From Octopus vulgaris (lineage: Eukaryota): a DNA stretch of 64,000 bases. How positions within the stretch are numbered: the first letter of the stretch is position 1; the number at the start of each line of letters is the position of its first letter. The position numbers were made by a program, and so were the translations under genes. Below the pieces are notes generated by a model. It saw only the letters and a program-made list of their open reading frames with translations. It was not told the DNA's origin and did no database searches. Location: contig OX597818.1 in assembly GCA_951406725.2 (NCBI GenBank), positions 15,066,001 through 15,130,000 of the forward strand, read 5' to 3'. Of the stretch, positions 27,153 through 39,600 are shown one piece after another.

Positions 27153-27830
27153 GCAGGGATGGGAACCTTTTGTGCATGACGGTTACCTTACAATTCATCA
27201 TCTCTCATTGAACGAATTATTTTTTCTTTTTTAGTCATTTTATCCCGATAAAGTTAACGATTATAAAGAAGTGCTTCTTTCAAGAAGGACTAATTCAGAT
27301 CGACAAGCATGAACTGGCATGTAATGTAACAGAGCAATTAAAAAATATACTCCAAAAAGAAACTCAGTAGCTTTGGATGAATCGATAGAATTTCTTAAAT
27401 GAATTTCTTAATCTGTGTTGCATCAAGGGAATGCTACGACAGAAGCCAGTTATAAAGTTGCATGTTTGCTTGGAAAAGAGAAAAGCCATTCAGCAATGCA
27501 GAACTCATAAAGGAATGTATTTTAAAAGTGGTGGATTGGAAAAATTGTCTTTGATTTTGTTTTCCATCTTTCAATTTCTGCAACGCTATTTTTCGAGACT
27601 CACCCTCTAATCTGGCATATTTATTGTCTTTATGAAGAGCGTAATGTTGCTGTGCATTGAATTTCTTAACCGTTACAATTGCGGAATCACAAAACAAGCA
27701 AGACATTTTGCGCCTACTATTTACTAAAAAATATTGCAATGCCCATTCTTCATTGAAGAACTTGTTTTCTTCTTTCAAAGTTTGTTTTAATTTTTTTGAC
27801 ATAATTATGGGTTAAAAAGAAATGTATTTA
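27153..27830. mobile_element. Scrambled hAT (Charlie/SPIN, GTF2IRD2-like) transposon remnant
   Basis: TIR-like CAGGGATGGGAACC; minus strand FNEEW..CLFC..KKFNAQQHY..H; plus strand EASYKVA..KPFSNAELIKEC and LSRRT..SVALDES. Confidence 0.8.
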
Positions 27831-27942
27831 TTCCTAACAACCATAAAAAAATAAAAGGCTGTGGTGTTTTGTCTGTCCTTGTGCTGTCCCCTTTGTGTAA
27901 GAGCCTGAGTGCCTTGTATAAAGAATTAGTGATAGTTCGACC

Positions 27943-29428
27943 GTGGGTCTGTTAATTCTCGTTTTTGCTGAATTGTGTGTTAAATACTTGTAATTCCGTA
28001 GACGTAAGTGGTGTTATTGTATATTGTTGGAGGTCTCCCCGTGTGGGTGAACCTGGATTTGTTAAATTTGTTGAATTTGAATTTTTGTCGCTGTTTTGCC
28101 TGTTTTTCTATTTGTTTCATCCCTATTTGTGGGTGAAGTGGAAGAGAGATGGAACAGGAACCAGTTGGAAGTTATGCATAGGCGATGACAGAAGGATTAA
28201 ACACCAACACCTTAGAAGTGCGAGATATCAAAATAGACCCCCAAAATGGAAAGAGGGAAGTAATTTGATAGAAAAGGAAGGGGCCAGTTTGAGGCTGACC
28301 TCACCGGAGGAATTGATGAATAGTGTGGCGAAGAAAACAGTTGTTTATAGGATATTGTCTACCTGTTTGAAAAAGATAGAGATTGCCTCAGTAGAGGCAA
28401 TAGAGGAATGTCTTGAAGACATAAAAGGACTGACCACGTTTTGCACGCGAGGAAGGAAGCATGGCACAGCGGAGATTAGGTTTTCCACCGAAGAAAACGC
28501 CATAAACCACTCCACTGTGCCGATAAGGACACAAGAATGGGTACTTCTGCCGACTTACTGTGGCAAACGCGTCGCCAGAGTATGAATCGGCAGAATACCT
28601 CCTGAGATTAAGAAAGCATAGCTGGTAGCAGCAGTCAGCCACCAGAGAACCAGAAAAGGATGAAAGAGATAAAAGAGGAGGTGGCAAGGAGCTGGTTAGA
28701 TGCACAAGCAACTTCATCAACAGTAGGATATAGCGTGGAAGCAGAAGCAGCATTGCAACGCGTAGTGGAAACATAATTGTTGAGGATTTTGTCAGTACAC
28801 CAACGGAGGAACCAAGAGGTACGACTCGCCCGGACAGCCCAGATCCGCCGCTGAAAAATGAAATTGTAAAAGAGAAGAAAAAGTGGCATATGGTCACATA
28901 TGTCAAAAGCACGGTAATCGAACGGAAGATCACAAAATTTAAATCGGTCATAAGAATTAAGTTGTCACCAGAGCAATATCCAGACCATATCAAAGGAATA
29001 GTAATTGATAAAGAGAAACATAGCAGACTGAAGGAACTGTTTGGAAATGATATGGACCCTTTAGGGGTTGAGACAGAATTTGACAATTTACCATCAGTAG
29101 TGGAGTGTGCGGATTTGAAACCCTTGATTAACTACAACAGAGGGTTTTTTTTTTAAAGGAAAAAAGAAAATAGACTTTAAAAAAGAAAACGATGCGAAAT
29201 GGAAAAAGGAGAGAAAAAGAAAAACTTTTTTAAAATATTATGATTTAACTGTTAAATGGTACTGCTTGAGAGTGGGGCTCAATGCAACCATTTCATCATT
29301 ACTGTTTCTATCATTTTTATATACATCTTTCATTTTACATTCGTTTTATGTTTTTTATCCCCACTGTGGTGTTTTGTCTGTCCTTCAGCTGTCCTCCTTA
29401 TGTCATGGCCGTAGTGTCAAATAAATAA
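27943..29428 (+). mobile_element. ORF1-only (HAL1-like) L1/Tx1 derivative, degraded
   Basis: VVYRILS..IEECL..RGRKHGTAEIRFSTEE..VLLPTYCGKRVARV is homologous to ORF1 at 36860-37110; no ORF2; ends in gtctgtcctt..gtcc..aataaa. Confidence 0.75.
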
Positions 29429-29429
29429 A

Positions 29430-30940
29430 AGGTGTTAGATCGAATTGAGTTCGCAGTGAAGTCGAAAGGTGTCAGTTGGTTAGTTCGTTTGGAATATTGA
29501 TTGTTTGTTCGTGAAGGGATTGTTGGATCGTTACGTTGTTATTACGGCTGCATCGTTATCTTGTTTACTATTACAACACTGGTATAGTATATCTAAACCA
29601 TCCGACACAATATCATGGCGGTACCACGGCATTGGAGACGGAGAATACAACATCAGGCGATGAGGGTTTCGAAGCTCACATAGAGTATTTAACAATTTGT
29701 TCGTGATACAACTTGTTAAATGATGGAAGACCTACTAGATTGTATAATACAGTTGCGGAAGCAAGTAGTACAGCAATAATACAACAACAACAATTATTGG
29801 AACTATACGCAAAGAAGCCCGAAAATGCGTAAGTCCGTTTTAGCCAGACGGCGTATCGTACTCCATAACAGAATTCAATTGTAATCTAGAGGAGAGTATA
29901 ACTTTTAGAGCGTACGACAAAAGGTACGAGGAGAGTTTTAAGGAAGATTGCAAAACATGGTCGGACGAAAAAAAAATAAGGCTGTCATTACGTCAATTAA
30001 CTCCGTATGAGCATGAACGATACTATAATTTCATATTGCCCAAAATTTCTAGTGAGTTTTGTTTTCAGGAAACAATCAAATTATTGTCTGACATGTTCGG
30101 TGATAAAACGTCTCTGTTCTACATTCGAACTGAATGTTGTAATTTAGCTAAAAAAGAGGATGATGACTTTATTACGTATGCAGAACAGTCAACGGAATGT
30201 GTGAAAATTTTAGACTTAAAGAACTTACTCCTGAGATATTCAGTGCCTCATTTTTATACAAGGCCTTACAGCAAATGAAGACACAGAAATATGGGCAAGA
30301 ATTCTTTCAAAACTTGAATAAACGCACCGAGATTTAACCCTGCAGACTGTTGCAGAAGAGTTTCAAAGGATGGTAAACCTGAAAGACGACGTAAGAACAA
30401 TTCAAGAAAAGTATTTCGCAAAAATACAGCTATGTCCACCGAGAAAGTATAACTAAAGAAGATTACTTCGTCCTAATCCATGTTACGGGTGTGGAGACCT
30501 ACATTTCAGAAAAGATCATATTTTTCTAGATCAAAAAATGTTACAGTTGTCAAGTTTTGGACACAAGAGTTCACACTGCAGAACAAAATTACGAAGGTCA
30601 AATGCATAAAAATTCTAAAGTTCTCTCAATAGAAAGTAAAATTTGTATACGTAAAAGTAAACGGAGTAAATATCAAATTACAACTGGATACTCGTAGCGA
30701 CATTTCAATCATTAACACTGACACCTGGAAGAAAATAGGGAAACCTATGTTAAAAAAGACAGCGAAAACTGCACATGGGGAGACGGGTGACAAACTACAG
30801 TTTGTAGGCGAAATGTGAAATGATGTCATATTTCGAGGAGAAACTTGCAAGGAGAAAGTTTTCGTCGTCAAGAGCGCAACTAATCTGTTTGGTACCGACT
30901 GGTTGGAGTTATTCGACTAATGGGATCTCCCAATAAGCCG
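29430..30940 (+). mobile_element. Gypsy LTR retrotransposon 5' part (LTR remnant, PBS, gag, protease)
   Basis: ..tacaaCA followed by degenerate PBS tcaggcgatgagg; gag RYEE.F.ED..EHERYYNFILPK; CYGCG and CYSC knuckles; protease LQLDTRSDISII; NLFGTDW. Confidence 0.85.
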
Positions 30941-31565
30941 ATATGAAGGTGCAAGAAGCCGACAACCAAGAATCTGACCAGGAAGACAATAGCCAACAAG
31001 TCGAAAATCAAGAAGCCGAAGTTCTCCTACATCCTATTATTGTCAGCCCATCGACTGGTGATGATGTGAAGTAAATGGTAGGGCAGGATGCACTCACAAT
31101 TTGGAAAAATATAAAAAAAGCGATAAACTAAAACAAAAGGAGTGTAAAACACATAGAGTGGGCCCCTACATCACGAGATCACAATGGATTTCACAGTCCT
31201 GCATAAGTAACGTGTTCCTTGGTATTATGAAATATAGAAAGTATAATGCCAAGCATTCCGGGGAAGAAAAATTAGGACCAGATTTTAAATTATTTATATG
31301 ACAGGTTTTTGTTGATAACATCAATGCACTATAACATCACAAAATAGAAGACGCTGGATACTTTTTGTCCCCTCCAAAGTAGAAAATAGTCACAAAACCC
31401 ACAGGAGGTGCAGAAGGTACAAGCGAATCTCCAAATATTTTTGTGGGGTGCATAATCAAAATCTGCACCCGTTTACTTTTCTGAGATTTAGAAAACAGTA
31501 CGTTAAAAGTGATCTGTAAAAAGTAGTTTGAAGTTAGGTTTCTTCTCCAAGAACAAAATACAAAA

Positions 31566-31625
<60 letters not shown>

Positions 31626-32019
31626 AGCAATAAGGCCTTGTTTGTAAAACGTTTTGGACCTGGGTTTGCACCACTCAACAAATTTCGTTCCCAAGACCCG
31701 TAAAGTTGTGATGAATCACTGATCTATCCTAGCTGATGGGTTTTCACTCATGTGTGTATTAGTTACCCTGTTTGATTTTGTTTGTTTCTTTTTCAAAATT
31801 ATATTCCTAATTTTATATAAACGACTATTTATTTTGTACAGCTACTTTATGTAATTTTGAAATATTTTACGCAAATTGATATATCATTTAACGTTTGTTT
31901 TTTCCCCCCTTTATTGTTGATTTGAGTGAAAAGAGTCCTTTATTGTTTCGTTTCAACACAACCTTTGAATGAGTTGAAGTTTTTTTGTATCAGTGAATGG
32001 GCCTTGTGGCAGTAATAAA

Positions 32020-32900
32020 GAATTATAACGAGAGTTGGAAAACTCGTTGGAGAGTCAAGCAAAACGTACTGCGGTATTTAGCAATAACCCTTTATGTTCT
32101 AATTTCGAATCATGATGAAGTCAATTTTGGTTTCCGACCCTCAAAAATCGATAAAATAAAGAACCAATCAAGTACTGAGAACAATATAATCGACTGTTTT
32201 TTCTGAATTTGTAATATCGATTTCAAATTTTGGCTCAAGAACAGCAACTTTGATGGAGGGGCTAAGTAGATTGCATCGCTCCCGGAGTTCAATTGCTACT
32301 TATTTTATCAACCCCGAAAGAATGAAAGGCAAAGTCGACCTCGGCGGCATTTGAACTCAGAACGTAGAGACGCACGAAATGCCACGAAGCATTTTGCCCT
32401 GCGTGCTAACGATTTTGCCAGCTCGGCGCCTTTCTAACTTTGTAACATTAGAAATAGCAAGGGCGGTGGATTGGCAGAACCATTAGAACAACTACTTTGT
32501 GATATTTGTTCAGGATCTTTATATTCTGATTTTAAATCTCGTTGCAGTCATGTTTGCCTTTCATCCTTTCGGGGTCAATAAAATAAAATAGTTGTCAAGT
32601 ACTAGGATAGGTATAATTAACTTCCCCCCTCTCCTCAAACTTATTGGTCTTGTGCTTAAATCAGAAATCTTTTCTTGGGTGGTGAAATGCTGAACTGTTG
32701 AAGAGTCGTGTTTCTTAAGGTTCTGAATTCAAAACATACTAAGGTCAACTTTGCTTTTCAACTTTTCTGGGTCGTTAAAATAAAATCCCTGTCGAATACT
32801 GAGATCGATGATATCAAGTAACTCATCAAAACTTTTGGTCTTGTGCCTAGATTAGAAACAAATACAGAAGGTAATCAGATGGCAGAATCATTAGAGAGCC
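32020..32900. mobile_element. Cluster of old tRNA-derived SINEs (same body as the 25393 array, ordinary tails)
   Basis: Repeated gtc(g/a)actttgcctttcatcctttcggggtcgataaa in both orientations; another copy at 33690-33880. Confidence 0.7.
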
Positions 32901-33966
32901 GAATAAATGCTTTTCGGACTCTTTTCACATATTAGCATTGTTTTTTAGATTAGATAGTGTCCAAATGTGTTGAAATTTGATATGGGCCATTTATACATAT
33001 GGTCAACCTAAATCTTTAATATTATGCAAAATTATTTTAATTCTTTTAATTTCTAGTTTGCTTTAATGCTAAATTCAGAAATTTTAAACTTTAGTTCATA
33101 TTTTAATCCGAAATTCATTTGATGTTTAAATTTTAAAACTCCTGTAATGAGGTTAAATTCAACAACTCAACTTATCACATTTCAGACTCACATTTCTCAA
33201 TCTATCATTATTTTATATCCTAGCTAATCAGAGCTTTCTGAACCTCTACATCACAATATAATCACTACTGATATTTCATTCATCCAATACAATTCCTTAT
33301 TATGCTTGATAACACCAATGACCAAATATTAAAGACTTCATTTATATAAATGCGCATGCGTGCGTTGTGTGCGTGCGTGTGTGTGAGTGTGCGTGCGTAT
33401 ACACTCACAAACATACATTCTGTGGGTGACATTTTTAACCGAGACTTTGCAATCGTATCTGATTCTTCAAGTTCTTCAATTTTGTGTATATACATATATT
33501 TACTTGAATACTGACATTTATCAATGGGTTCCCCCATTGTGTTGATATGCCATTTTCTATCATCAATAAACCTGTCGGCATTTTTGCCGACACGGGTATG
33601 CTAGTTATAATATAATATATTAATGTATTCTCCGCCACAGAATTCTGTGGATATTTGTACAACGAAAAGACAATAGTATATAAAACTTAATCCTTTCTGA
33701 AATTTGGTGGGAGGGAATATGTCAATTACATCGACCTCATTGCTAGATTGGCACCTATTTTATCGACCCCGAAAGGATGAAAGGTAAAGTCGACCTCGGT
33801 GACACTTGAACTCAGAGCGAACGAAATGCCGCCAAGCAGTTTGTCCGACGCTCTGACCATTCTACCAGCTCGTTGTCTTAAATGATGTATAATATAATAA
33901 TGTACATCTCACTACAGAATTCTTTAGATATTTGTACAACGAGAAAACGAAATATATAAAACAAAT

Positions 33967-33997
<31 letters not shown>

Positions 33998-34849
33998 AAT
34001 GAAATCACACACTTACCGTATCTTTTCAATGCCATGTTATAATAAAATCTTTAAGAAAAAAATCTATATTTTGAGATAGATACAGTTGAAAATCAGGGAT
34101 TGTCGTCTGAATATTCTCACACCAAATTCAGTGTTAAAATGTCTTGTATTGGAGATATAATCGGTGTAAAAAATTTAATCTGCTTCATGATTTGTCTTAA
34201 GTAATCCAGCAGTAGGGAAGTTTTTTTTTTCTCAGAAGTTCCGACTAATGCATACTTTCATATATACATGTATACATATACGCTTATATTTGTATGTGTA
34301 CGTGTTCTTCATAATGAGTATGTGCGCATGTACATTATGCTACATACGCCAGATGTTTAGAGAGAGGCATGAGATCGACGGTGAGGAATAAGGTTACGGC
34401 AAAACTACTGATTGTCATAATTCTTTAAATTTATATTAATCTTGATAGAAAATCAATATATAGAAATGTAACACATAAAACTGACTGGGATAAACTGAAA
34501 TGTAATATAGAAAGAAGAGTCAATGAGAGTATTTTGATATCGGGGATCAGAAACAAACGAACCTTGCCTTGAATTTTACCTTTTATTTATTTTTTTCTCA
34601 TTTAATATATTTGTGGTCGATAGAATAGCACAGGCCAACATCTTTTTTTTTTTCCTTTTCTGTTGTCAAAAAATGTGAACCCGAACTAATTTTTTGAGAC
34701 ACAGAATCCGAAAATGACATCCATTTATAACTATCGTATCAAGACTTAGTGATGCAGGATCTACAGAATTTCATTGTATTTTGTCACTAAAACAGCTTAT
34801 GAATAACAAAGCATAACATAAATACATACAGACATAGGCATGATATGCA

Positions 34850-35230
34850 AGCATCATCATATCATATACCCAGGCCTAGTCAGCATTTTTTAGGAGGGGA
34901 TAGCCGCAGCAAGACATACACCAGGCATTCCATTCATTTCCCACCTCAAATTCCTGGTTATGACTATAAACTACATCCAATAGTGGGACCCTGGGGCCAT
35001 GGTTTCTGGGTTTGAGGAGTGTGGAACCACCTTTTAGTCAGTATTGATCCCAGGTCTACTCTGGCCCGGAGTGGTAGTACCTGTAAGGGTCCCAGCTGTG
35101 GGTTAACTAGCAAACCCCACTGCGACTGGAGTGAGGATCGGTAGAATGCAGTCACCGTATTCCATGCGTGGCGTAAGAGGCGACTAAAAAGGGTAGGAGC
35201 GAGGAGACTTGGAATCCTCTCATCCTGGTA
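34850..35230 (+). mobile_element. Short retroposon nested in the Chapaev-like element
   Basis: GC-richer insert with a SINE-like body and gcgtggcgtaagaggcgactaa, a motif I associate with RTE 5' regions. Confidence 0.4.
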
Positions 35231-35696
35231 AATCCATATTCCTAAAAATGCTGCAAGAAAATATACAAACATAGAAATTGCTTTTTCCTAGTTCCAGCAA
35301 TAGTTCGCCATCATATGCAATTACCATCTGCCTTCATACCCTTTGTTCAATTGATTTTATATCCTGATAGAAATGTTTTTCCTGGTTGTCACTTGTGTCA
35401 CTAAGATGTTCAAGGAATTTATCAAGGTCACTGTGAAGACTGCAGTTTTATACTCATATTTGCTTTCAACTTTTGCAGTTCTCCAGCATGCTGTCGACTA
35501 TTTCGACAGAGTTAGCTGCTTTCTTGTTGCTCAGAAAGTCATTTACAAATGAATTATATGCTGCTGCTTCAATGCAATTCATTGAATTTACTTCCCATCT
35601 TCCATCAATTTTCTTATTTGAGACCCATCAAACATTCCAGCTTTTATCTTTTTACTACTCAGACTGGGAGATGTGCAGCAAATATAGTGAAAGCAT

Positions 35697-36110
35697 TTTA
35701 TAAAAATAAAGCCAACAACGGCTTTTCAAAGTTTACAGAAAATGTTCAACAGAAGATATTACTTCCACTTAGGGTGGAAGCCTATAATAAATTTTCCTCT
35801 AATAGAGGATAACAGTTCCAATCCCATCTCTGTTAGGGGCGGGTCGCAAAAACAAAGTCTAAAACGACTTAAAACAGTTCGAATTTTTACACAAAATTCC
35901 AAAAAGGCAATGCCACAATGGCCACAGAAATATATCAAACAGTTCCTATTTCCCGGTATACCGGGGTGTAGTAAAAATAAAGTTCAAGAAATACAACAAC
36001 GATAACAATCCCAAACAAAAACGGAATCCTATAATAGCAAAACGCTTACCAGCATAAAAAACACAACCACGTCGTGTGACCGGAAACAAGCTTCCTACCA
36101 CACAGCTGCA
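35697..36110 (-). mobile_element. Inverted SINE head plus 5' UTR of L1/Tx1 copy 1
   Basis: Reverse complement reads gctgtgtggtaggaagcttgtttccgg, then tcacacgacgtggttgtgtttttt.., collinear with the 5' UTR of copy 2 (41694-42060). Confidence 0.8.
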
Positions 36111-36678
36111 CTTGAGCCTGCTTCGATTTTTTTTCTTTTAGCATTCGTCCGTAGTCAACATGTAATCTATATCATTCATGCATAAAATATTCGCAATGTA
36201 TATCCGCATTTCCTGATTTTCCATTACTTTTGATATTTATAATAGCAAATTTATTGCTAATAATAGTACAGTAGATTGTCTTAAATCCACTGACTACACA
36301 ATTCAACAAGTAGGCTGTTGTCAGGGCGTGTCGTAACTGATTTGAAGATTTTTCGATATTCTGAACACCAAAAAGTAATTCATTTTTTTACCATCACATC
36401 TAGATTTCAAGATATCCCCCACCCAAATTTCACAATCTTCCTCATTTTCAGAAAAAATCAATGTTTACTTGGGAAATTTAGTTTATTTCGATTTATACGT
36501 TATTCTATTAAGAACCAGGGAAAAACGATGGATAATCAAAGAATGGTCATAGCGTACATTAGTTCCAAGGTTTTTTATGTGGTTGAAAAGCCTTTATTTA
36601 AACCGAGGAAAATCATTCTGCCACTACTCTTTATCAAATTAGACATCATGAAGCAATTTGTTAAAGCTCTGGATAAAG

Positions 36679-39600
36679 ATGCTGGCAGAGATGCCAACAT
36701 TAACACTGTTAAAACATTTTCGGCAGTTTCCGCGGTGGCAACTGAAATTATTGATATGCCAGTCGAAAAACTGAAGGAATACTTCGAAAGAATGAAGGAG
36801 GACTGTGGTATTATGATATCACCCACCTCCAATGCAATAGAGACACAAAGGAAAACTGTTATATTTAAATCCTATTGTCCCGAGAGCAAGCTGTTCAAAC
36901 ATTTCGAAAGGACATAATAGAAAAATGCTTGATCCCTATGTGGAAGGACATTGCATATATCTCAAGGGGAAAGGCATATGCGACAATCGAAGTCAGGTTC
37001 ACAACCGAAAAGAAGGCCCACGGGTACTCTGTGAGCCCTCTGAAAACAAAGGAGGTGGTGCTTCTACCAACCTACATGGGAGGCGCACTTCCCGTGTAAA
37101 GGTGACAGAAGTGCCGCCAGAAATAGACCCACGAGAAGTGATGGCTGCCCTGTTGTTCAACAGGACAGAAAAATAAAATTCTTGCAGATAACATGCACTG
37201 CTCTCCAAATCTAGCTGAGACAGAGCATTTCAGTCATAATTAAGGGGGCACCGGAAGACATAGAAAGGCTTCCAGAGGGGTGCTCGTGGGGGAGAATGTA
37301 GCCCCTTCAAATACAAGTGGAGGGAAAGAAACCCACCTCTTATGAGTGTGGAAAGAAGGGCCACATTTGTTTCGATTGCGAAGAAAGGAAAAAGAGAGAA
37401 GAAAAAAGGAAAAGTGGCAATCTTGCACAGATACGAGGCCCTACATCTGTGAAAAACAACTCCAAGACCACACAGACACCAGTCCCGACAAAGAGAAACA
37501 CTCCCACCCCCTTCTGTTGCGGTGCCGTCCCCCAAACAAACCAACGAAAATACCCAAACCCTGCACACACAAGCCCATACAAAAATAAAATTGCCCACCC
37601 CCTTGAAACCTGAGGCATCTGTTGTTGGTGAAAAGAATACAACTCCCTCAGACAACACTATGGAGGTGGCTGAGTGAGAGTTCTTGACAGTTCGGAAACG
37701 AACACATGCACCTTCCCCATCCATATCCCCCACAGGAAAACGCAGAACGTTACCACAAATTACCAAACAAAGACCCCCGCTCCATCGCCCCAGAAAAAAG
37801 AAGAGACGATACCATTTTGGTAAAATATAATACCAAAGATCTTTACATGGACGAGGTGATTACGAAACACCACACAGCAAAGTTGTACCCTCAACATAGG
37901 AGTATGAACGAGAGGTGTACCTGGATAGGGGAAACCCTATTCAAGCAACTGAAGGATAGGCATTCAAAGGCCATATGGAGGATTTGGGACCTACTTAGTT
38001 ACTTGAAGAAGGAGGAGAAGGAAGGGGCTGACTCACGTGTGGTAAGGTCAGCCCCAGCATCACCAGTTAAGGGTAAGTAGAACCCTTGCTTTTTCCCCAT
38101 TGTTTTAATGGCTACACTTAACCTTGGATGTCTGAATGTGCGTGGTTTGAGCTCGAAGTGGAAGCAAGCCTGTTTCTTCGACGACCTCACATCATACGAT
38201 ATGCATGTGATGGTTGCTGCAAAGACCAAGCTGGACAGTCTACAAACCTTCTCACCCCTCCTGAATGGCTACGAGAAAATCATGTCACCTAGCCAGCCCG
38301 GAGGTCGAGGGGGTATAGTTGTACTGATCCGAAAAGGCTTGGCTCTGCAGACAAGTACAGTCTATGTGGACCATAAAGGTGGGCTGGTCGTCCTTCATGT
38401 GACATACAGCAGTAAGGCCTTCAGGTTGATCGGAATCTACACACCCTGTGCTAGAGGATTACAAACTGATTTTTATCGGCGCCTTGAGATCTTTCTCGTG
38501 ACGTCGTTGACGCGCGCATCGATAGCGTTGGCTCGACTAGTAGGAAAGCGAACTCACGCCTCGTAGGCTTTCAGCTAGCAGATCGTTACAGGCTTGACCA
38601 TCCGAACGTCCCAGAGTGAACCTGGATTAATGGCGACGGAAGGCTCAAGTCTTAGACAGGATAATCATAAGAGCTAGAGATAAGGATAGCTTTAGTTGTC
38701 CACACTTTTGTTCAGGTGACCTACACTGACCATAGAATGGTTAAGTGTATGCCGAACATAGATAGGAAATTTGAGAGAGGATCCGGCTACTGGAAGCTGA
38801 ACAAGTCTATTTTGACTTGCGAGGCATGCCGTAACCGGATTAAGGAACTAGTACAGAGGGCATTTACCGGCGCTGTGGTTAATAACCGGTGGTGGTTCGC
38901 CCTCAAGAGAGTCATTCGTTTCGAGTCTGTTACATTTAGCTACCAGCTAAGACTAGATAAGGCAAGAACAGAAGGACAGCTAGTTAAGGACTTAGAGGAG
39001 GCGTTGAGATTGGGCTCTGCATCCCACATTCTGGCAGCGAGAACGGCCTTGGACCGTCACCGCAAAGCCAAACATGGGGGGTGCAGAGTTCGGGCTAAAG
39101 TACGCGCATTGGGCCGTGAGGGAATTAATGTTGCTGGATAGACTCATACGGTAGAAATCCATCGTGGCAATGCTGCCACAATAAGGTCTCTTGTTGAGGA
39201 CAATGGGAGTTCGGTCAAGGGACAGGACGAGACGAAATGTGTGAGGCACTTTACAAGCACTTCGCCGAGTTGTTCGGGAGGGGCGGGACGCTGGATTATG
39301 GTGGAAGCCCTTAGGGACTTCCTGTATGGCGACTTGTGTTTATCGGCACGAGAGCATGAGTGCTGTGAAGGTCCAATCACAGCCGAGAAGGTGATCGAGG
39401 TACTAGGCGAATGCCCAAGGGACAAGTCGCCGGATCTCGATGGTCTACCCTATGAATTTTATAGAAGCATGACAGCCTTGTTCGGACACCTGCTGGCCAG
39501 CGTCTACGCCAACTGTCAGCAGAATAGGAGAATTTCCAAGTCTGCGAGCTGAGGGGTGGTGACATTGATCAGGAAGGACCCGAGCAAGGAGGACGAAATA

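Larger units (their letters stand above)
34675..36678 (-). mobile_element. Chapaev-like (CMC) DNA transposon remnant, split by an inversion
   Basis: Minus strand 35696-35290: CFHYI..KIKAGMFDGSQIRKLM..FLSNKK..SDNQEKHFYQDI..MMANYCW; the upstream part LPLLFIKLDIMKQFVKALDK lies on the plus strand at ~36590-36678. Superfamily name is from motif recall. Confidence 0.65.

Noticed and set aside
30870-30935. Gypsy 5' fragment as the missing gag of the 55-kb element
   Set aside because: It ends at about the homologous point where the inverted block begins (GTDW/DTDW), but the LTR and nucleotide sequences differ, so it is probably another subfamily.
36318-36917. 199-aa ORF as a real gene
   Set aside because: It is a chance fusion of transposase and LINE ORF1 sequence across an inversion breakpoint.
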